Of a stretch of 40,280 bases of DNA, positions 16,062 to 22,698 are shown piece after piece. Positions within the stretch are counted from its first letter, which is position 1. Each line of letters starts with the position of its first letter. The position numbers and the translations under genes are program-made. Below the pieces are notes generated by a model, which saw only the letters and a list, made by a program, of their open reading frames with translations, was not told the DNA's origin and did no database searches. The stretch spans positions 9,472 through 49,751 of the forward strand of contig CAZCDK010000001.1 of assembly GCA_964497285.1 (NCBI GenBank), read 5' to 3'. Source of the stretch: an uncultured Anaerolineaceae bacterium (GTDB lineage Bacteria; Chloroflexota; Dehalococcoidia; Tepidiformales; Tepidiformaceae).

Positions 16062-17515
16062 GTGCACCAACCCCTATTGCCCTGACCCCGGGAGAACACG
16101 CTGCCATCGCGCGGCTGTTCGAAGGTGGAAGGCCGTACTTCTCGCTGCTATCGACGCTCCGGACCAGGCGCATTGGCATGGGCTACCGCAGCGAAACGGG
16201 CGTGGAAGAGACGTTCGATTGGTCGAGCCGCCTGGCGGTACGCCAGCGCGAAGGCCCGTTGGCATACACGTCACCGGCACCGCCGGCGCCGCTTTCGGAA
16301 GTGGAAGAGGCACTCATTGCCTGGGCGGCCCTTGGTCCCAACGGTGTGATCGCCGCCGATGTGGCCGTGAACGGCGACCTTTCGAGCCTCCTCTACTGGG
16401 CCGGGCGTACAGCGCCGGGCTCCAGCAACGACATGGCGGTCAACCTCTTCATCATCAACGACCAGGGCGTGCACCTGTACCGTCCCGGGCCCGAGCGGAT
16501 GGCCCCTGTAGAGATCAGGGGCCCGGATGACTACTGGAAAATCCTCTACTGGTACCGCAACTGCCGAACAAGGATCATGGACCGCCGCCCCGACATCGGC
16601 TACATGACCGCCCCACCCGGCACCCACAACGTGAACTCGATGGGACCTCTCCAGTACAACGCGAACCGGCCCGGAAGCACATGGTTCCTCCCGGTCGGGG
16701 ACGTCGGATTGGAGTGGGTGAACCAGCTCTTGTCGTCGTACCAGTTCTCCGGCTTCTACCTCCAGGACCCGGACACCGACAAGCCGGCTGGTTGCGATCA
16801 GTGGATCCGGCCGGGCTTCCTTGAAGTCGGCTTCCCCCTCCCCACTTTCGACGAGCTCGCGATCATGCAACACGTCTCCGAAGCCGCCTGCGTCGTCCAG
16901 AACATGCGGGTCGCCTGCGAGGCCATGGGCCTCGGCGCCTGGGCAATCGGCGGCTACTCCGACGACATGTTGCTGGGGGCGTACCCCGAAATCGCCCAGG
17001 GCCTCGGCTTTGCCCACCTTGAACGCGACCCGGCCAGGAATCCCTCCCGGACGGCGACCTGCCAGGGTCTCCCCGGTCTCCTGGATGCGACCATGACCCC
17101 CTCTCGCAAGTTCCCGAACGCCGAAGCGCTGGTCACATACGTTGCTCAGCTTCGATACCAGCGCGGAGCGCAGCTCGCCCGGGAGGACAACTGGGCGCTC
17201 GCGGCGGGGGGACCGTTCAACGACCAAACCCTGCAGAAGATCATGGAGCACCCCCGAACACATATCCCCGATTGGGTCATCCAGGCGGCGATTGACACGG
17301 TGAAGTACATCGTCGAGAAGTACGGCTGCGCCCCGGCATACATCAACCCGATGCGAGCCAAGTTCTCGACGCAAGTGCATCACGTCGACCTGGACTACTA
17401 CCGGCAATTCCACGCCGGAGACGGCGAACCGTTCCTTGTGACAACCCAACTCAAAAGCCATTTCACGGACTGGCACCCTGGTGTGGCAGACCCGTATGAG
17501 AGGAGTGCCCGGTAG
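16058..17515 (+). CDS. Large nitroreductase-superfamily-like protein of unknown function
   Basis: ORF 15956..17515. ATG 16058 overlaps the alpha3 stop codon. N-terminal LRTRRIGMGYR resembles the RRSxR FMN motif. LSEVEEALIAWAALG and VQNMRVACEAMGLGAWAIGGY resemble the nitroreductase-fold core helices. At 485 aa it is about twice the size of a classical nitroreductase. The fold call is tentative. Confidence 0.65.
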   Translation: MSAPTPIALTPGEHAAIARLFEGGRPYFSLLSTLRTRRIGMGYRSETGVEETFDWSSRLAVRQREGPLAYTSPAPPAPLSEVEEALIAWAALGPNGVIAADVAVNGDLSSLLYWAGRTAPGSSNDMAVNLFIINDQGVHLYRPGPERMAPVEIRGPDDYWKILYWYRNCRTRIMDRRPDIGYMTAPPGTHNVNSMGPLQYNANRPGSTWFLPVGDVGLEWVNQLLSSYQFSGFYLQDPDTDKPAGCDQWIRPGFLEVGFPLPTFDELAIMQHVSEAACVVQNMRVACEAMGLGAWAIGGYSDDMLLGAYPEIAQGLGFAHLERDPARNPSRTATCQGLPGLLDATMTPSRKFPNAEALVTYVAQLRYQRGAQLAREDNWALAAGGPFNDQTLQKIMEHPRTHIPDWVIQAAIDTVKYIVEKYGCAPAYINPMRAKFSTQVHHVDLDYYRQFHAGDGEPFLVTTQLKSHFTDWHPGVADPYERSAR

Positions 17516-18075
17516 TGTGGTCGAATCCGGATCTGCTATCAACGGTCCTGCAGGTGGTCTATGGCATCCTGCATGACCTCTCCATTGCCGTGTACATCGG
17601 CGGCGCTGTGGCAATGGAGTACGTGCTTGGGCCCGCCCAGAACTCCATCCCGCCAGCGCAGGCGCAGGTGATGGGCCAAAAGACCGCCGACCGGTTCATC
17701 TGGTTGGTCTGGGGGTCACTTGGTGTCATCATTGTCACGGCGATTCTGCGGCTCGAACGGCTGGGCCACATCGCTTTCGGCGGGTCCATACTCCAGTCGT
17801 CAATGGGTCTAGGCCACGACTACGGCCGCACGGTTTGGGCGATGCTCGCCCTCTGGTGCGTTCTCGTGGCGAACGGCGCCATCATGACCTTCAACCTGAG
17901 GCCCAGGCTCTCCGGCAAGTTGAAGCCGGGCACGACCTCGGCCGGCGTCCAGGCCGCCCAACAAGCGAAGATGGATGCCGCCAAGTGGGTCGAGCGGATC
18001 ACCAAAGCCGATATTGTCATCGCCATCGTCATCGCGCTCTTTGGCGCATCTCTCAGGTTCAATGGGATCCTGTAG
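17515..18075 (+). CDS. 4-TM membrane protein, paralogue 1 (unknown family)
   Basis: GTG 17515 overlaps the upstream TAG by 1 nt, with AGGAG 9 nt upstream. Four hydrophobic helices. Shared motif with the next gene: H-x5-AVY[IV]GG-x3-ME[YW]VL-x3-Q-x3-PP-x-Q. Confidence 0.75.
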   Translation: MWSNPDLLSTVLQVVYGILHDLSIAVYIGGAVAMEYVLGPAQNSIPPAQAQVMGQKTADRFIWLVWGSLGVIIVTAILRLERLGHIAFGGSILQSSMGLGHDYGRTVWAMLALWCVLVANGAIMTFNLRPRLSGKLKPGTTSAGVQAAQQAKMDAAKWVERITKADIVIAIVIALFGASLRFNGIL

Positions 18076-18108
18076 ACGAGACTCTCGGGGCGGATGCCAG
18101 GAGACTGA

Positions 18109-18636
18109 ATGGACACGCTGCTTGCGTGGGCCCACGCGCTCGCGTGGGCTGTCTACGTCGGCGGATCAATAACCATGGAGTGGGTGCTGCGCTACGCCCA
18201 GAGGACGATGCCACCGTCGCAGGTGTCGATCGTCTGCAAGCGTTCGGGCAGCCGCTACCGCTGGCTCGGGCTCGGAACCCTGGGCGTGATCGGTCTCACC
18301 GGCGCCCTCATGGTGGCCACCCTCGACAGGGACGGGCTCCTCCTCCGGCCGGGCCATCCGGAGCTGGCGCTTTCCGATGCCTACGGGCAGACGGTCGCAG
18401 CGCTTTCGGTCCTCTGGGTGGCACTCGTCACGGCTTCGGCATCGATGGCGTTCTGGCTTCACCCGGCGCAAGCCCGCCGCTCCAGCCCCGAGATGTCCCA
18501 GGACGAGATCCAGGCGGAGCGCCAGCGCGTTGGCCGTGCCATTGCGCGCATGGATCGCGTGCTGAAGTTCGAGCTCCTCACCTCCGTGGTCTCAATTGCC
18601 CTCGGCGCCTCACTTGGTGCCGGCGGGTTGCTTTGA
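18109..18636 (+). CDS. 4-TM membrane protein, paralogue 2 (unknown family)
   Basis: ATG 18109 follows AGGAGA. 175 aa with the same four-helix layout and motifs as 17515..18075 (WAHALAWAVYVGGSITMEWVL..MPPSQ; YGQTV..LW; GASL near the C-terminus). Confidence 0.75.
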   Translation: MDTLLAWAHALAWAVYVGGSITMEWVLRYAQRTMPPSQVSIVCKRSGSRYRWLGLGTLGVIGLTGALMVATLDRDGLLLRPGHPELALSDAYGQTVAALSVLWVALVTASASMAFWLHPAQARRSSPEMSQDEIQAERQRVGRAIARMDRVLKFELLTSVVSIALGASLGAGGLL

Positions 18637-18652
18637 AGGTGGTATAGGTCCC

Positions 18653-19819
18653 ATGCCGAAGACGATCGCGATCACCCCCTCCTGGTACTGGCCAGCCGAC
18701 ATCCCGCGGGTGGCCGGCGTGCCCCCTTTCTCGATCTACGAGCTCTGCGTCTCTCGCGGCGTTCGCGACCGCGCTGGAGAGCCGGCTCTCATCGCCGGGA
18801 AGTCACGCCTCTCCACCAACGAGCTGAAGGACGAAGTCGATCGGCTGGCGTCGGGCCTGGCGGCACGTGCCGGGCAAGGCCGGAGGGCGGTGCTTGCGGG
18901 CGACCCTACCCTCGACACCGTACTCCTGCTGCTGGGCGCCCTCGCGGCCGGCTTGCATGTGCGCATCGCACCGCCGGGATCGAACCTTGCCGCGGTCGCC
19001 CAGCAGTTCGGCACGAGCCTCGTCCTGGAAGGCGCCGGCGCAGTCGAACCGGCGGCAGACGTCCCGCCCCACGTCCCCACCTCTGACGAACTCACCGCAC
19101 CGGCGGTCACGATAGATGGTCGCGACGGACCGGTGAGCCACTCACACCGGTCGTTGCTTGCCGCTGCGCTGAGCATGACCACCTTCTTCGATGCCGACCC
19201 ACGCCGCCCCTGGATGGCGTCGCTGCCCCTGAGTCGTTGGGAGGGATTGGCATCAGTGATCATCCCGCTCTTCCTCGGCGCGCCGCTCGTCCTGTCTCCG
19301 CAGGGTTCCGACGCGGACGCAATCGTGGAGACGATGGTGCGCGAGGGCGTCGGCTACGCGTTCACGGAACTGGACGGAGCAGCAACCCTCACCCGCGACG
19401 CGAAGAAGGCCGTGAAGGACGCGAGGCGCATCCTCAACGCCTTTCTCCTCTCGACTGCGGGTATGTTCGACCCGGACTCGCGCCGCCGCGTCAGCAGAGC
19501 CTTCGAATGCCCGGCCCTGACGGTCTTCGGTCTCCCGGAAACCGGCCCGATCTTCGCCGCGCATCAATCCTGGTACATCGACGAGTCGATCGGTATTCCG
19601 CTAAGCAACGCCCACGTCGTGCCCGCCGACCCGCGTTCTGGCCAGCCAATCCAGGCCCTGTGGGAGCTCGTGGAGTCGGCCGAGGTGACCGTTTGGACGC
19701 CATCGCTGATGGTGGGATACGAGGGAGCCGAACACCCGGAGCGCTTCATCGACGGTCGCTACCGGACCGGCATGATCGCCTCCTCCGACGCCAACGGCAT
19801 GATCTACCTGCTCGGATAG
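18653..19819 (+). CDS. Adenylate-forming (ANL) superfamily homologue, N-terminal domain only, with degenerate motifs
   Basis: ORF 18596..19819; ATG 18653. Collinear with acyl-CoA synthetase N-domains. The P-loop reads TIDGRDGPVSHSHRSL instead of TSGTTGxPKGVxxSHRNL. A5-like motif FGLPETG. The A7 motif reads YRTGM instead of YRTGD. The protein ends at DANGMIYLLG, exactly at the hinge before the C-terminal domain. Confidence 0.75.
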   Translation: MPKTIAITPSWYWPADIPRVAGVPPFSIYELCVSRGVRDRAGEPALIAGKSRLSTNELKDEVDRLASGLAARAGQGRRAVLAGDPTLDTVLLLLGALAAGLHVRIAPPGSNLAAVAQQFGTSLVLEGAGAVEPAADVPPHVPTSDELTAPAVTIDGRDGPVSHSHRSLLAAALSMTTFFDADPRRPWMASLPLSRWEGLASVIIPLFLGAPLVLSPQGSDADAIVETMVREGVGYAFTELDGAATLTRDAKKAVKDARRILNAFLLSTAGMFDPDSRRRVSRAFECPALTVFGLPETGPIFAAHQSWYIDESIGIPLSNAHVVPADPRSGQPIQALWELVESAEVTVWTPSLMVGYEGAEHPERFIDGRYRTGMIASSDANGMIYLLG

Positions 19820-19977
19820 CCGGCGGCAGCCTGACCCGCGCCCGGCAGTGCCCGGCCCATGGAGCATCCAGGGCGAGTCACGGGGTAGGCCCTTGGGGGG
19901 CGAGGTCCGCCCGCCCGCGAACTCACTCATAACCTGCCCCAATCGTCCTACTCACTACGCCTATAGATGTCCAGTCT

Positions 19978-20004
19978 TGCCAGATGGGAACGGACCTGCC
20001 AGAT
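19978..20004 (+). repeat. Direct repeat TGCCAGAT x2, 19 bp apart
   Basis: Copies at 19978-19985 and 19997-20004, in low-GC DNA upstream of the small wHTH gene. Possibly an operator or promoter element. Confidence 0.3.
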
Positions 20005-20088
20005 TCTCACCATGGCCCGCGGAGGCCCGGCGTGGGGTCGGGCCGTTGCGCCGCCGCGGCCAGTCCCGTCAGGGTAAGGAGCCACAAG

Positions 20089-20343
20089 ATGTCCGATGCC
20101 GAACCTGAAGAGAACACCGGCAAGGAATCGAGCCAGTCCCGGCATGTTCACGCGTTTCTGAAGACGGCCATCCTTTTCGGCGGCCTCGCGGCTGGCACCG
20201 CCATCAGTGTTGCCGCGCTGGTCAGACGCCACCGGGTGTCCGCCAACGCCGCGCGAGACGCCCTGGTTAGACTCGAGGACGAAGGCCTCGTTGATCGAGA
20301 AGCGCCGGACACAGTCGTCGTGTCCGACCGCCTCGACCACTGA
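20089..20343 (+). CDS. Small stand-alone winged-HTH protein (GntR-like DNA-binding domain only)
   Basis: ATG 20089 follows TAAGGAG. The 84-aa product has ISVAALVRRHRVSANAARDALVRLEDEGLV, which resembles the GntR N-terminal wHTH. No effector domain. Confidence 0.55.
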   Translation: MSDAEPEENTGKESSQSRHVHAFLKTAILFGGLAAGTAISVAALVRRHRVSANAARDALVRLEDEGLVDREAPDTVVVSDRLDH

Positions 20344-20371
20344 GCCTGAGCCCGCAAGCCGCGTTGCGCGG

Positions 20372-21034
20372 TCAGGCAGCCTCTGTGAGGAAAGCCGTCT
20401 CCCGGACGCAGTACTCGTTCAGCAGGCGGAGAACCGCCCGGTAGAACGCGGGCGGATTCTTGCCCTCGACACGCCGCACCGCCTCTGCCGACCAGCGAAG
20501 GAGGTGTCGCGCCAGGACATCGCCCTCGGCGGTCCGGACAGGCGCGGGGTCCTCCCCGTGGCTGAGGTTCGCCTCGCGGAAGGCGAGGAAATGAAGGAAC
20601 TCCAGCACAGTCGGAATGGCGTCCGGGAGGTCACGCGCTTCGCCCGACACGGTAAGACCGAAGTGCCGGTAGAAGCGCAGGAGTTCCTCCATTGAGTCGC
20701 GGCGCGAGGAGGCAAAGACCCCCGCATAGAGCGGCATCGCGGGTCCCCCACCGGGCAGGTCAAAGAGCCGGATGTAGTCGCTCTGGACCTCCAGGTACTC
20801 CATCTCGGGTTCGACGAGCCCCGCGAAGAGCTCCGCCGGCAGGCAGTATGGCAGTACCGCAGCGATGCTCTCTGCCGCGCTCCGGATCTGTCCGCCGCGG
20901 CAGGCTTCAACCAGCTGGTCGGTTGGAAACGAGAGCAATTCGCTGAGGAGCCCGTAGAACTCGCTCCGGGCCCGCGCGGTTTCGTTCACACGTTTCAGCC
21001 TACCGTACCGGCTGCCGCTGGAGCGTGGTCGCAT
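20372..21034 (-). CDS. TorD/NarJ-family maturation chaperone (delta2)
   Basis: SEFYGLLSELL...DYIRLFDLPGGGPAMPLYAGVF...RFYRHFGL...LPDAIPTVLEFLHFL matches delta1 and the TorD/NarJ pattern. The start is uncertain: ATG 21034 overlaps beta2 by 35 nt; GTG 20989 is an alternative. Confidence 0.85.
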   Translation of the reverse strand: MRPRSSGSRYGRLKRVNETARARSEFYGLLSELLSFPTDQLVEACRGGQIRSAAESIAAVLPYCLPAELFAGLVEPEMEYLEVQSDYIRLFDLPGGGPAMPLYAGVFASSRRDSMEELLRFYRHFGLTVSGEARDLPDAIPTVLEFLHFLAFREANLSHGEDPAPVRTAEGDVLARHLLRWSAEAVRRVEGKNPPAFYRAVLRLLNEYCVRETAFLTEAA

Positions 21035-22055
21035 CCGTATCGAACGGCCCCAGAAGGTCGGTCCAGTCGCGCGAGATCAGGATGTCCATCAGCTCGGACT
21101 TCCCGCCCCTGGCGACTTTCTCGCGTTCTGCTTCGATCGTGGCCAGGGCCTTATCGACCCCGGGCCCGAAGAGCTCACGAAGGTACTCGCTCGGACTGCG
21201 CGGATTCTCGTCGTCGAATTCCCCGTTCGCCTTGAACCCGAGAGGCGAAGAGGGCGGCACGTAGAAGACGTTCGGCTGAACACCGAAGTCCGCGTGAAGC
21301 GGGAGCGCCACTTTCCACTTGTTCACAAGCTTGTGGATGTGCCCGTCCTCATTGTCGAGGTAGTCGATGTGGCGCACGCGGCCGGGGCACTGGCGAATGC
21401 ACGCGGGCGCGACGCCCTGCTCGAGCCTGGGGAAGCAGGACATGCACTTCTGGGCGATGTTCCGGCCCTCGTTGAAGTAGATGCGCTTGTACGGGCAGGC
21501 CTCAGCACAGAAGCGGTAGCCGTGGCAGCGCTCTTCATCAATGAGGACAATCCCGTCTTCTTCCCTCTTGTAGACCGATTCGCGCGGGCAGGCCTCGACG
21601 CAGGCTGGCTCTGAGCAATTCATGCAGATCTGCTGCAGGTAGAAGTAGTACGAGTTGGGGTAGACACCGCCACCCATGTCCTCGTCCCAGTTGGGGCCCC
21701 ACGCTGGCGCAGCGCCGTCGTGTTCTCGCGGGCGAAGCGGGATCGCCTCCTCGCGGCCGCTGCCAAACACGCCCTCGTAGTCGAAGTCCCAGGCTTCGCC
21801 CCAGAGCCGCTTCCCCGGGAATGACCCCGCGCGGGGCTCGCCCTTGGCGTCGTATCCGCCGCCATAGGTGAACACGTCTCGGGGCGTACCGCGCCCGGGG
21901 AACGTGTTCACCGCATTCCACCACTGGTGCTCCATGCCGTTGTGGGACGTCCAGGCCGTCTTGCAGGCCAGCGAGCAGGTGTGGCAGCCCAGGCACTTGT
22001 TCAGATCGAACACCATCGCCACCTGGCGTTGGGAAGGCGCCGCTTTCTTTGCCAT
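21000..22055 (-). CDS. Iron-sulfur beta subunit (NarH/EbdB-like), beta2
   Basis: Four cluster motifs: CLGCHTCSLAC, CMNCSEPACVEACP, CHGYRFCAEACP and CMSCFPRLEQGVAPACIRQCP. RBS GGGAGGAGGA. Confidence 0.9.
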   Translation of the reverse strand: MAKKAAPSQRQVAMVFDLNKCLGCHTCSLACKTAWTSHNGMEHQWWNAVNTFPGRGTPRDVFTYGGGYDAKGEPRAGSFPGKRLWGEAWDFDYEGVFGSGREEAIPLRPREHDGAAPAWGPNWDEDMGGGVYPNSYYFYLQQICMNCSEPACVEACPRESVYKREEDGIVLIDEERCHGYRFCAEACPYKRIYFNEGRNIAQKCMSCFPRLEQGVAPACIRQCPGRVRHIDYLDNEDGHIHKLVNKWKVALPLHADFGVQPNVFYVPPSSPLGFKANGEFDDENPRSPSEYLRELFGPGVDKALATIEAEREKVARGGKSELMDILISRDWTDLLGPFDTDATTLQRQPVR

Positions 22056-22077
22056 CGTAGTCCTCCTCCCGCCTGTC

Positions 22078-22698
22078 TCAGCCGACCTTGAGGTCGTGCC
22101 AGGTTGGTGTGTGCGACTTCAGTCCTGCCCGTTCGCTGGCGGCGCCGCTCCAGACAGCGATTCCGATCTTGGCCGGGTTGCCCGGGCCCGCCAAGACGAC
22201 GTGCCACGAACCGTTTTGCCATTCGCCGGTCGCCTGGAGCGCGTGCTTCTTCTCACGAGTGACCGTGCCCAGCCCTTGCGCCGTGGCGACGTTCGGGCCG
22301 GCAGCGCCCGCTCGCCAATGCCAGGCGGTGACCGGCTTGCCGGCGCTGCCCATGGTGCCGATCTCGGCGTCGTTCCCGTTCGCAGGAAACAGAACCGCAC
22401 ACGCGTCGGCATACACGTCGTTGTCGTTGATCGTGTGACGCGGGTCTGGGGCCGCCCATTGGAGGCGAACCACGAGCTCGTCCCCGGCGGCGAGGGCCTT
22501 CACCGCCACCGACTCGATGCCGCCGCGCTGCCGCCCGGCCCACGCCTTCTGCACATAGGCCGAGGGCTGCGCCTCCAGGGGCGTCGGCTGCAGTGGCAAC
22601 GATACCTCGATTGCGTCATCCCATGCAGGGGCGCGAGGCGACAGGAGATCCCGGACCACACCTGACGCCTTCTTTGCCGTCACGTTCTGTGTAGTCAT
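22078..22698 (-). CDS. EB_dh/DOMON-like haem-b-type gamma subunit (gamma2), no signal peptide
   Basis: 206 aa. Its ATG overlaps the alpha4 stop codon (ATGA). It retains a Met (GTMGS) and a Lys (AGLKS) at positions expected for the Met/Lys haem ligands of EbdC-type gamma subunits. The N-terminus is hydrophilic. Confidence 0.85.
   Translation of the reverse strand: MTTQNVTAKKASGVVRDLLSPRAPAWDDAIEVSLPLQPTPLEAQPSAYVQKAWAGRQRGGIESVAVKALAAGDELVVRLQWAAPDPRHTINDNDVYADACAVLFPANGNDAEIGTMGSAGKPVTAWHWRAGAAGPNVATAQGLGTVTREKKHALQATGEWQNGSWHVVLAGPGNPAKIGIAVWSGAASERAGLKSHTPTWHDLKVG

Noticed and set aside
19820-20088. A decayed C-terminal domain of the ANL-like gene in the 270-bp spacer; the frame-shifted peptide SIQGESRGRPLGGEV faintly recalls the KIRGxRIExGEIE motif.
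   Set aside because: The resemblance is limited to a few residues and the spacing from the hinge does not fit. It cannot be supported without a frameshift-aware alignment, so it is listed only as a check under the ANL finding.
20352-20371. Possible bidirectional terminator CCGCAAG..TTGCGCGG between the wHTH gene and delta2.
   Set aside because: The stem is short and imperfect (one bulge), with no flanking T- or A-tracts. This is not convincing.
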